Below the pieces are notes generated by a model that had not been told where the DNA came from, made no database searches, and was given only the letters and a program-made list of their open reading frames with translations. The position numbers and the translations under genes are program-made. This document shows positions 44,424-56,104 of a stretch of 64,000 nt of DNA, piece after piece. Positions within the stretch are counted from its first letter, which is position 1; each line of letters begins with the position of its first letter. Origin of the DNA: Selaginella moellendorffii (taxonomy: Eukaryota; Plantae; Lycopodiophyta); NCBI RefSeq assembly GCF_000143415.4, contig NW_003314263.1, positions 2,730,041 to 2,794,040 on the forward strand. The letters are read 5' to 3'.

Positions 44424-47264
44424 ATGGGCACTGCTTTTCATGTTCTGTGGCTGTTATTACCAGTCATTACAAGATCGGCTTGGGGTTTTTATGAGGATTT
44501 CCCAGCGGCTGACAGGAATATCTACAACGAGACTTATGCTTTCCGCATTCTTGCCCGACATGGAATCCAATCCCCGGCAGAGACGTCTTCCTTTGAATAC
44601 AAGGGTGGTCGTTTACTTGTAGAGCCCATCACTGTCTACTTCTTCTTTATCGGTAACTGGACTAAGCACGCCAAGCAAGCAGTTCGTTATGCAATTCTTT
44701 CGCTTAATGACGAGTCACCCGGCAAGCTTGACAGAAACAATACAGGGTATCCGACACTCTCGAAATGGTGGAAGGTTGCCACTCAGTACGCCGACGCTAC
44801 CTCTCGGCCTGTCTCGAGCAGTATTTCGCTCGGCAGCGAATGCTCACTCAGTTTACGGGAGCTCGAAATGCCAAAGCTGCTGGGAACTTTTGCACAGGCG
44901 TTCAACCGCTCCTCTCCAATTCAGGCAAACTGCACTAAGGTGTTTCGGGCAGAAAACACTGCAGTATATCACGTCCTCTTCAGCAAGCACGTTACATTTC
45001 TGCGTACCGGTAAAGATTTTCTCCCTTTCACGAACTGTGCCGGCCGCGCCAGTTTGTTCCGAGTCGACGAATCCGGGCCAAAGATCAGCTTGGCTTGGGT
45101 GAAAGTGCCCTTTCACAAGGAATACTGCAACCTGGTGACAAGGTTTGGAGAGTCTTACACGCCTCCGAATGGAAAGAGTGGCGGTCTCGACTCACTAATC
45201 AGCAAAGTTCTGGCACAAACTGCCGACATGGCTACCAACTGGGACTTCAAAGGATGGGTGGCGTCAAGCAACTCACAAACTTCGGTGGCTCAACAATGTC
45301 CTTCTCCAACCGGCTCGGAGGACTCCGTCATGCCCGTAATTCATGACCGCGAGAAGATGATAAGCTGGAATGTCTACGGAAGGAATGGAGCGCGCTACCT
45401 CGTTCAGCAGCTTTGGAACCAGGATCAACGGAACTGTGCTCTCAAACCTCTCAGTACGTAACCCCGACAGGCTGTCGTTTAATTTTCTCCTTTTTTCTTT
45501 CTTTTTTGCAGGATCATGCCAAGGCAAACGGAAGCTAACGACAGTCACGGGAACTATTATGGTTAGTCTTATTGTGGATTCAACTCCTGGCGCGAAGGTT
45601 GGCTTGCAGCCTTACAATTCGAACCTTCATTGTCAGTGGACCGTGAGTGTCTCCAACGCAGTTCACATACGCATCCACCTGAACTATTTGGCCCTTGGCC
45701 CGGGTGATACAGTGGAAATTTCTTACGAGTGCAGACACAGAATTTGCAAGAGGATCGTGCTAAAAGGCTATTCACCTGGAAAGAAGCTAGTCGATGCAAA
45801 GGGTGCAAGTTTTCACATCAACTTTACCAGCGGATCACAAGCTTCTCCCAACAGAATGGGTTGGATGATCAGCTACAAAGCAGGTGATTTGTCAGCGTGG
45901 TTTAAACTTTTTAGCGATAAAAATACTTCCATTTTGCAGGCTTTTGTAAACGCAGTGTTGATGTACGCCAGGCAAGAGGATCGATCAACGATGGCTCTCC
46001 AAAAGGCGTCAAGTATATGAAGGGCTCAAACTGTTCGTGGCACTTCCATGCACTGCAAAACAGTAAGGTCCGGCTTTACTTCACCAGACTGGAAACCATT
46101 GCAAGCAGCGACATGATTCGAGTCTACCACCCTGACCATCACAAGGTCCTTGCAGAGTATTCGGGAAAAGCCGAGCTCCCACGTCAGGCATTCAAAGGTC
46201 CTATAACGCTGGAATTTTCCAGCCAAACAGGAGACGGCGATGGTTGGGCTCTAAACTACGTGATGGATTCTCCACAAACTACTACGCAATTGTCATATAC
46301 AGCTAGATCTGCGGCAGTGACTGCACTGGGAGCTGTATGTGGTGTGTTCGTACCGGGTGTGGTCTTCCTTGGAGCTGTGGTTCTTTGCTGCAACTTTTCG
46401 GTCCTTCCGGTCAAACGCTCAAAGATCCAGCCAAGTGAAGAAAAGCCGCGACTCCACACAAGAAGACAGTTTTCGCTGGAAGAGCTCCGAGAGGCGACCA
46501 TGGATTTCTCTCCGGCGAATGTGGTGTCAGACTCAGATGGAAACGTTTTCCGGGGTACCTTGCAAGACGGTCGTGTTGTTGTCATAAAGAAGAAGGTGTC
46601 CGAGCTTGAGCTTGACATCTTGTTGCGCATTCGCAGTGCAAGCATCGTCAACCTGGTCGGCTTCTCGTCCGACGCACAGCAGAAGTGCCTTGTCTTTGAC
46701 TACATGCATCTCGGCCGCTTGTCTCGACGACTTTTCGACGATACGCTGCCTCCGATCAGCTGGGGGAACAGGCTTCGAATCGCTCTCCAGATATCCAGAG
46801 CAGTCGAGTACCTGCACACTTACGCCGAGCCACATATCGTTCACCTCAACATCAGCGCCGAAAATGTTCTCCTCGATGGCTCCTGGAATGCAAAGCTGAG
46901 TGGATTCGGCAGAGCTCAAAGCAGCAGCGTTGCCATCAAACCGGCTCTGAAGCTGCAAGACGTGTACAGCTTTGGCAGCCTGGTGCTCGAGCTGGTGACG
47001 GGAAAGGCTTCGAGCGATCGAAAACACAAGAGAGAAGCCTTGGCCGCGATAGAGGCAGGCATGGGACACACTATCATGGACAAGCGGCTCGAGAATGAAA
47101 ACCAGATTGCGAAGATGGGAGAGATCGCTGCGTGGTGCATGAGCGACAGTACGAGACAACCAAGCATGGTTGAAGTTTCTTCCACGTTAAGCCAAGTTAC
47201 CGCAATGGTTCTACGCTCGGCATCGAAGAAACAGCGTCCGCCACCTGGGAAAAGCAGAGACTAG
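44424..47264 (+). CDS. PHI-1/EXORDIUM-CUB-CUB-TM-pseudokinase receptor (copy 3); exons 44424-45453, 45512-45883, 45940-47264
   Basis: Signal peptide MGTAFHVLWLLLPV; YKGGRLLVEPITVY, PTLSKWWK; CUB repeats; TM; kinase fold with HLNISAEN and SGFG. Confidence 0.85.
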
Positions 47265-47469
47265 AAGCAGCAAAGCAACCTCAAGCTACAATGGGAAGCT
47301 GTCGTCGGGCCTCCTGAAGCGGCGTTCCTTTCGGTTTGTCCTCTTGTACCGGTATCTCGCCACTTGGAGCTTTCTTCTGAGTCCCCGATGCCGCGCTTAT
47401 AAAACAACAGTGCGTACAGGACATCACTGGATCAATTCTTTTCTCTGCTCGAGTTCCGGAAGCAGGGTC

Positions 47470-50273
47470 ATGCTGCTGCTCACGCTTGGTCTGTTTCTCG
47501 GCTTCATGGTGCTGCTTTCTTTCTGCTCGAGCAAGGTAGAGTTTTCTAGCACGAGTTTCCTCGTCGACGGGCCGGATGATACTCCGAAGAGTTCGGGTCC
47601 ACCATTCAGTCTCATAGATGTAACGGCAGTCCATTACCATGGAGGCAGACTGCTCGTGGAACCTATAGTGGTCTATCTCATCTGGCTTGGTCCGTGGGAG
47701 GACAAGTCCAAGGAAGCTCTTCGAAATGCGGTTCGCTCGCTCTCGGTTGAAAGTGGTGATGGACTGCCGGATCTTTTCAACTGGTGGAAGGTTGCTACGC
47801 AGTACACAGATGGGAACGGTCAGCCAGTTTCCAGTAATGTGTCGCTTGGCACGGTGGAGTGCTCGAGTTCTACGGCGTCAAACTTAAGCAGAGAAGCTCT
47901 CACTTCACTTATGCTCCAGGCTTTCAACGTCTCTTCTTCGCCGTCTGAAACGCCTCCGTTGTGCAGTTCAGTGCTCCCTCAAGATGAGACCGCGGTGTAC
48001 CATCTTCTCTTTAGCGAGAAGGTGTCCTTTTCAGAAGACTTCCACACATCTCTTTGCAGCAGGCGGTTTAGACTTTTCAAGGCTGAAGAAGTTGGTCCCG
48101 AGTTAAGCCTGGCATGGTCCCGGGAGCCAGGGGGGGCGGAATACTGCAACCTCTGGAGTTATTATCACGAGTTTCTTTCACCACCAAATGCGAAGGATAA
48201 AGGCCAGTTGGATTCCCTGATCAGCTCTGTGCTCGCACAAACTGTGTCCATGGCAACAAACACTGACTTCGATGGCTGGCACAGCAATCTATCTTCCACA
48301 GTCACGACCTTGTGTCCGTCTCCGACCGGTTTATCAATTTCTGCAAAGCCGGTGATTGACGACGGGAAAATCAGCTGGAACTTAAGCGGGATAAATGGCT
48401 ACCGGTACATGGTACAACAGATTTGGAGCGACAAGACGAAACTCTGTGCACTTCACTCATACGGTATGCCTCTCTCGTTCTCGCCTTTCTTCTAAACATT
48501 TGGACCTTTGACAGAACATTGCAAGGGATTGCGCGAGAGAAATGACTATCATGGGATTATAAGTGAAGGGCTGATTGTCAACCACAGTGTGGGACTCCAA
48601 CCTTACAGCCACGGCTTGCATTGCGAATGGCGAGTCAGCATGCCAGGGGCTGCTGTGGTACGCGTCAAGATAAACTACATGGCCATTGTGAAAAACGTCG
48701 ACTATGTCTACTTGCACTCGTGCTTTGCGCCAGTATATATCTACCGTTTGGATGCATGCTTGGAGAAAATGTATAGCGGGCTTGGCTCACCTCACCAGCT
48801 GGAACTCTACACTTCGGAGTTTCTTCTCGAGTTCAAAACTGGAAACAACCCAACCTTGACCGAGATGGGCTGGGACATCGCGTATCAAGCTGGTAAGCTG
48901 ACTTTCTTGCTTAAGGTACCGCCCTTACACCGAAGTGCTCACTTACTTTGTTCCTTTCAGGATTTTGCTTCGGCACAACAAGAGTGACAGAAAAAAGTGG
49001 TGTTTTAACTGATGGAACTCCCGAGAACGCGACTTATCTCGAACAGCATACTTGCGCTTGGTTTCTTGACGGCCCAAACGTGGAACTCGACTTCGTCCGT
49101 TTCGATACAGTTCAAAACCAAGACGAGCTTCTGGTTTACAGAGGTGACAAGTCTGACGTAGCGAACATAGTGAGAGTCTACACCGGAAGATACTCTTCGC
49201 TGCCTCGAGAAACTTTTCCTGGTCCAGTGCTGCTCGAGTTTCGAACTAAAACTGGGAATGGACGGGGCTGGGCTCTGAAGTACACGATAAAGCCTGCTGG
49301 TGGACTCTCGCCACCGGAAGATCCAGCAGTGATCATAGCAGCCGTGTGTGGAGGACTGGGAGGCATGCTCGTTGCAGGATTGATCGTTCTTACGTATATG
49401 CGGCGTGTGCTCTTGCTCTTCGACGACAACGATCGTGAGATGGAACGTCCATTGTTGCTGCCAAAGAACATTAAAGTCTTCTCTCCACAAGTTTTGCGAG
49501 AAGCCACCGACAAGTTTAGCTCCAGCAACTTGATATCCAGGGGACGCAGAGCGTGTGTTTACAGAGCTAAACTACCTGATGAACAGCAAGTAGTGGTGAA
49601 GAAGACGAAACTGGCACGCGACGAGCTCCTGGTGATCTCCAGCGCCAGCCATTTCAACATCGTTGGCGTCACGGGCTACTGCTTCAATCGCAAGGAAAAC
49701 TTCCTCGTTCTCGAATATGTCCCAAACGGTTCACTAGCGGATCATCTCTTCTCTAACGCTAGCACACTGGCTTGGAGCTCGAGACTGAGAATCGCGGTAC
49801 AGGTTTCCAGCGCTCTCGAGTTCCTCCATTCATACGTGGAGCCGAGCATCACCCACGGCCACGTGAGCTCAGACAACATTCTCTTGGACAAGTCCTGGAA
49901 CGCAAAGCTTGCCGGCTTTGGAAGCTCGCGGAGGAGCTGTGTGAAGAGGGTAGGCTCTCACAACTTCGGCCTCAAGGCGGAGGAAGTTTACAGATTCGGA
50001 GGCTTGGTGATGGAGCTAGTCACAGGGGACAGATCGAGCAGCAAGGCAAGACGGGCATGCGAGGTGATTGAATCTGGAAAGGAGGAAATGTTGGGCCTTG
50101 TTCTTGACAGGAGGTGTGGTAGCAACGACGTCACGGACAAGAGAGCAGTGCTAAAGCTGGCAGAAGTTGGAGCGTGGTGCATGACAAAGGAGGCCAAGGA
50201 GAGGCCAACAATGGTGGAAGTGGCATCGGCATTGAGACAGGTTCTTGCGATCTCCATGCGCTCCAGACGCTAG
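47470..50273 (+). CDS. PHI-1/EXORDIUM-CUB-CUB-TM-pseudokinase receptor (copy 4); exons 47470-48463, 48515-48892, 48961-50273
   Basis: Signal peptide MLLLTLGLFLGFMVLL; YHGGRLLVEPIVVYLIW; CUB repeats; TM; kinase fold with HGHVSSDN and AGFG. Confidence 0.85.
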
Positions 50274-50292
50274 CTATGGTGACACGCAGTTT

Positions 50293-51257
50293 TCATATCC
50301 GTCGTCGTGGTTTCTTCGGGGCTGGCTTGACGAGATCTTTATGGCCTTTGGCTGGAGCTTGGGAAAGCTGCAAGGCAGGCAATAGCAATCGCTCAGAGTG
50401 ATTTGAGACGAAGTTCTCACCTTATCCAGCTTCTCGCGGACGTTCTTCGCAGTAGCATTCATCGATGGCTCGGAGAAGTGCTGATAGCGAAGGTACCAAC
50501 AAGTTTTCGATTGTTGCTTGAAACTCTTGTCTTACCTTTGGGATTGGTGCTTCACAGGCCACTGAGAGAGGAAAGTGTGGCTCCGGTTGGAAACTTTCTA
50601 GCGGTGTGACGTCGAGAGGATCGAGCAGTCCTGTTTGGAGGCGCAATCGTCCATTCACATCCACGTCCTTGAGAACTGGGAGGCGGTGAGTCAAGAATGT
50701 TCCATTCTCTTCGAAACTCATCTCTTTCTTCTTTCTTTACCAGCTTTTCTCTCCACGACGTCCAGTCTGCGCGCTTCTAGTTTGTGCTTAGTGTCCGCCA
50801 AGCTCTCGTACTTTGGGGCGTAGCTCACTTGCAACAGGTTGCCAAAGAACTGGAAATCATCCAGGTTTCTCTTCGCAGCTCTGCGTTTGAGGATGTTACT
50901 CGCAAGGGAAGGAATGGAGAAATGGAAAGAGCGAGGCTACCGTGCGTGGGCGATATCAGCGAACTTGATCCAGTATACGTCGGTGTAAGGCTCGCATTCT
51001 TCGTCATCCAGGAGCAAGTACCTGGACGGCGCGTAAGGTTTCGAGGAAAAAAGAAAGAACGAGAGACTCTACTCTTCAATGTGGCCAAAACTTCCAAGCA
51101 ATTGTAGAAGCTCGCTGGAACAACCCAGCGCCGGGACGTTCTTGACAAGCATGTATCTGGTGTCTCACAAATTCATCCAAAGAAGAGCCTCACAAGATGG
51201 CTATTTCACTCACCTGGATTCATCGCAGACCGTGTACACTTTCACAGCTCGTTCCAT
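50293..51257 (-). CDS. RBM48: RNA-binding protein 48 (minor spliceosome RRM factor)
   Basis: Spliced reading MERAVKVYTVCDES/YMLVKNVPALGC...FGHIEE/...EPYTDVYWIKF...AR/AAKRNLDDFQFFGNLLQVSYAPKYES..DTKHKLE, ending KKPRRRI*. Confidence 0.9.
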
Positions 51258-52599
51258 CTTGCCCTAGCATAACAATGCAAACAAATTAGGACCGTTGGAT
51301 TGAGGAATATCCTCAAGTATTCTAGGAAGCAAACCAAAAAGTCAAATTTATTTTGGTTTAATAAGCCGACGCTCCGTTTGGAGACAAACAAAAGAAAGTA
51401 TAATTAAAAAAGTATTTTTTGAGAAAAATTTAAACACCGTTGTATTAGTACCTTTTGATGGTTGAGATTAAATCTTATAACGTGTTAATCTTAAACCCTT
51501 TTGTTGCTTATATTTGTCTTGAACGAAATTCTTCGGTAGGAAGTTCTCGGGCACGTCCAATGGAGGTGAGTCTTTGCAACAGAGTGTAGCTTCCAATGCA
51601 TGAGTTCGGGCTCGGGAATCCATTCCTTCACAAACACCAAGTTCATGAAATCGCTTGAACTGTACTCATACATTTCAGCATATGGGATGCATGTCATCCA
51701 GATCACCACTCCACCATGCTACACTAGTACACTTGCGGGATAAACAAGATCGCACCACTGTTTACTACTTCATTGATCAATCTGATTGAGGGCCGAACTT
51801 ATCTGTGCGGGCTTTTGTGACATGCCCCTTCATGTTGATGATTGCTGCAACCAGGTCCTCCAGTTGACACAAACTTGAATCCCCAGTAAGTATCGGCAGT
51901 AAGACTCCCATGCACTACCACACTTGTAAACTGTTATTTTTTCCGCATCCCTGACTGCCTCAATGTAAAGCCTGCCGATGTACTAGGTCACGTACTCCCC
52001 AGGCTCTCCAGCAATAAACCGCCTGTCCGGCTTGACCATGCATGACATGGTGACGTAAAGTCGATCTTGGTTAGGTTGTCCACAATAAGTGGCTTGATGT
52101 TCTTGACCTCTGCTACAAACATCTTCAACACATTTTCACACATCTTCACAGTCTTCGTCTTCTCCTAAATAATCCGTATCATCATCAGTAACTTTGAAGC
52201 TCCATCTTGGCTCCTCCGAGTATTCTTCAGATTGTTCACGTTGTTCTTCTTCATAACGTCTGCAGCATCTGTCGAAGATGGACAGCGAGAGGCGGTGAGA
52301 ACCAGTATCGTAATCCAGGCTTGGCTGCAATCTGGGATTACGCCTCATAATGTCGCTTGCGAGTAAGTTCTGAAACACCATAAACACAGACCTGCGCTTC
52401 GCTGATCAAAGGCGCAACCTTTTTGGTGACCGGGCTTTCCCACTCGCTCCCATCATTTGAAGAGAAAAACAAAACTCTTCCACGATCTTGTGTCAAGGAG
52501 AATGAAACTCCGGAATCTGCGTGTCTTCTGCAAAAGAGGAAGCAGGAGAGGGTCGCAGCAGTACGTGAAACTCAGTGCATCGATAAAGTCCTAGCGATT

Positions 52600-53130
52600 G
52601 ATTCAGGATAGATGCCAACAGTCTGAGGGGCGTTTAGTGCAATGGATAAAAATTCTTCAAATGTGATTATCTGAAAACTTCATGTTATATCATGACAAAC
52701 ATATAATATAATTCTGACCCTACTACCATTATAATCGTGGTTGCGGAATGGAAACCTCTACTTGGGTCGAAGTGTTTTAAGCTCCTTCAATGTAAAATCG
52801 ACTGTCCCAAGGAAAATATAAAAACACATGTAGTAAACCAAAGTCAAAAGTGTTGACTTACCGACAAAGTGTCCAGTTATGTTTTTGCCTTAAAATTCGT
52901 AAGTGGATTTCCTATCTGCAAACTGATTTTCAGCATCTGTAGTGCATCAAGGGTTGTATCATGGAAACATATTAAGACGCCATCTTTAATAAGACAGTCT
53001 GCACACAAATACAACATAGCAGCCACAGATTGTTCAGGGAACCCACCAGGGCGGCCGCAATGAGCAAGATTCAAAGCCAGGCCGCCAACTTTCAAAGGTT
53101 TCTTATGCAAAACTCTTGAACTCAATGCCA
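52600..53130 (-). pseudogene. Glycerophosphodiester phosphodiesterase (GDPD5/6-type) 5' fragment
   Basis: NLAHCG..GGFPEQS, KDGVLICFHDTTLD, DFTLKELKTLRPK*RFPFR, IITFEEFLSIALNAPQTVGIYPE; has a deletion, a stop codon and is truncated. Confidence 0.8.
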
Positions 53131-53442
53131 CATTGATAACTTCATAAAGAAAAAAGCACTATATAAGGGGTTCGATCAATTAATATATAAATAGTTTGCT
53201 ACGCTTGGGTTGCTTAATAGTATTCTTACTTCTTATTCAAATTGATCAAACAAAAGTTTATAATTATAAACGTGTTTATAATTTATAAACACAAGATTAT
53301 ATCAACCATTAAGAATAAAAAATAATATACTAGAAAGTGTTTAAGAAAGTTTATAAATTATAAATACAAGATTAATCTAAATAAATAACAACCGTTAGAT
53401 GGTAAAATTTTCTCAAATATTCTAAATATATCACAGGTTTGC

Positions 53443-54475
53443 TTAAGCAAGCCAAATTTGAGACATATATGAGTTTATAGTATTAGAACTATAAAAGCTT
53501 CCTTTTTCATGCTGGTATAATTCCGTAGCATCAATATCAGTTTGCTTCAAGCTCATTGCTGTGGATGGACTCTCCAGAGCAATGGGACTCTCGGGAACGA
53601 TCTCTCGTTGCTTGAGTTTGGGGGAGATACTTTGTTGAGAGGGAGATGCCGCCATTCTAATGGAGGATTGATCATCATCCTCTTCGTCACCACTGTCTTC
53701 TCTGTCGGTAGCCTCTTCTTCTTCGTCATCATCTCTGCTGCTTGATCGTCTAGACGGTGTTGGAACGGCCAATTGGAGCTCGCGAAGCTTGGCTTTTTGT
53801 GAATTGAGCAAGGCCACAAACTGGAGAGATGTGCTCCTCAATCACACAAGCCAAAGTTTACAGGCGATCTTACTTTGCGAATGAGCTTCTCCTCGCATTG
53901 GTTCTTTTCTTGAACGACTCTCTTGTTTTGCTCCAGATATTTATCAACCTCGGCTTTCAAATAGTCTCGTCTTGTTCTTGAGCTCCTCCTGCGCTCTCAA
54001 TCTAGACCTCGAAAGAATCTTCGTGTCTGCTTCTAGAACAAAGTCTAGAATCTGGCAATTTATCGCCTTGGAATCCGATGAGTTTACCAGCTTCCATCGC
54101 GATTCCAACGTGGTTCCAGCTCTCTGAATCGTCCAAGACAACTATACAAGATCAAACGAGAGAGCCTTCGAGATAAAACAAGAATAAAGGCAGAAAGAAA
54201 GAAAGAAAAACAATCGCTTCTTACTTTTGCTTCATTGCTTGAGGTTATACACGGACGAAGCTTGGTGCTCGCTCAATCGGCTCCTCACGTCTCGGAGATA
54301 ATCGGCCACGGATTGATCCCCCGGTCCTCGATCATGTCGCGAGATGCTACACAGAGCTCCAGAGCTGGAATGAGGGCCAAAGCCAAGCAAAGCAGAGATT
54401 TCACTTACGCCAACAGCTCCATGCCCCGATCGATCGTCCTGGAGACACAACCTCGCGCAAGTTACTTCTCCCTCA
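53443..54475 (-). pseudogene. XRCC4: XRCC4-like, apparently disrupted
   Basis: TCARL, DQSVADYL..SSVY, LSWTIQRAGTTLESRWK..SDSK...ILDFVLEA, FVALLNSQKAKLREL. In-frame TGA at 54232-54234, a frameshift near 53945, and no evident ATG. Confidence 0.7.
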
Positions 54476-54588
54476 AATATACCTTTAGGGTAAGAATATC
54501 CTTCCAATTTAAAAAACGAAACTATATTGAAATTTTTGCGACCTTTTGCCTTTGATACTCGGAGCATAGCTCCAAAATTGCTATGAAT

Positions 54589-55924
54589 TTACTCCTTTCC
54601 ATCGGCCTTCCTGAGAGAACCAAGCTGGACCGGAGCTTGAGTTCCCACAACCTTGGAGGAGCTGTAACCCGTAAGTAAGTCTTGAGATCCCTCGCCAATC
54701 TCCTTGTCAAGCTGCTCCTTAATCCACAAGTAAGTGATCCGCAGCCCATCTTTCAATCGCATCGAGGGAGCCCATCCGAGCTTCTCCTTGATCAAACTGT
54801 TCTCCGAGTTTCTCCCGCGAACTCCCTCCGGCCCAGGTATATGACGGATCGGGATTTGCTTGTTCTCAAATCCTAGTATGATCTCTGCCATCTCGTTCAT
54901 GCTCACCATCTCGTCGCTTCCAATGTTGAGCGGTTCCCGGAAATCGGACTTTGTGAGTCGCAAGACGCCCTCCACGCACTCGTCGATGAAGGTGAACGAT
55001 CGCGTCTGCATTCCATCGCCCCACATCTCAAACGAATCGGTGGAAGTCAGGGCCTTTCGACAAAACGCAGCCGGAGCCTTCTCTCGTCCACCTGGTATTG
55101 AAACAATCTCAGTTACTCCCACTCAAGCTAAAGAAGAAAGAAGAAGATCTCAATCTATGAAGTCACCTTTCCAGGTCCCAAAGGGTCCATAGATGTTGTG
55201 GAATCGTCCAATGCGGCACTCGATCCCAAAATCCTTGGTGTAGTGCTTGCACAGCTCTTCAGTGCACAGCTTCTCCAGTCCATAGGCATCTTGGGGCTGC
55301 AAAGTGCAATTTTTTTTCAGATTCCCCGCAAAAGAAAAGAAGCTTTTTTTTTTCGTTTTCATACCTCTGCCGGCCATGCATCTGACTCCTTCAAACTCAC
55401 GTTAGTCTCCAGCTGCTTAAACTCGGGGTAAATGCATGCACTGGACGCATAAAAAAATCTGGAAGCCAAGAAAGAGAGTGAGCTCCAAATCCTTGGGAAG
55501 AACAACTTAGAAACACCACAGGCTACCTTTTGACTCCATTGATCCGGGAGGCCTCGAGCATGTTGAAACTGATCATGGTGTTGTTGAAGAGAATCACAGA
55601 GTGATTGGACTGGATGAATCCCATTCCGCCCATGTCGGCCGCGAGATTGAAGACGTGATCCACGCCCCTTGTCACCGCCAGGCAATTCTCCATGACGCGC
55701 AGATCCACGAGATGGAATTCGTGGCAAAACATGTCCTCGCTCATGTGCTCGTTCTTCTTCCAGTCGGACGCGATCACGTAGTGTCCCTCCGCCTTGAGCC
55801 GCCGCGCTATGTGTGAGGCGATGAATCCTCCCGCGCCGGAGATGGAAATCCGGAGCTTGGCTTGCGGCCAATACGCCTCGCGCTCTAGCTCGGCTCCTAC
55901 GGTGTAAGCTCCAAAGGACTCCAT
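54589..55924 (-). CDS. GME: GDP-mannose 3',5'-epimerase
   Basis: ISISGAGGFIASHIARRLK, FNLAADMGGMGFIQSNH, FFYASSACIYPE, PQDAYGLEKL, GGREKAPAAFCRK, VQLGSLRKADGKE; four exons. Confidence 0.97.
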
Positions 55925-56104
55925 TACACACCTTTCTATCCTTTCGCTCTTCACAGCCCTACTTATGCTAATGCCGAAAGGAAAAATAGGAAAACTTTTC
56001 TTACCTTTTTCAAGGAAAAAAGGTAAAACTGAAAGTTTTTTCCACGATTTTATTTTTTTTTGTGGAAAAAAATACACCTTTAGGTAATGAGTTAGGACTT
56101 CAAG

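Noticed and set aside
40686-51257. Functional link between RBM48 and the nearby U12 intron in CaMKMT
   Set aside because: RBM48 acts in trans; proximity is most likely coincidence.
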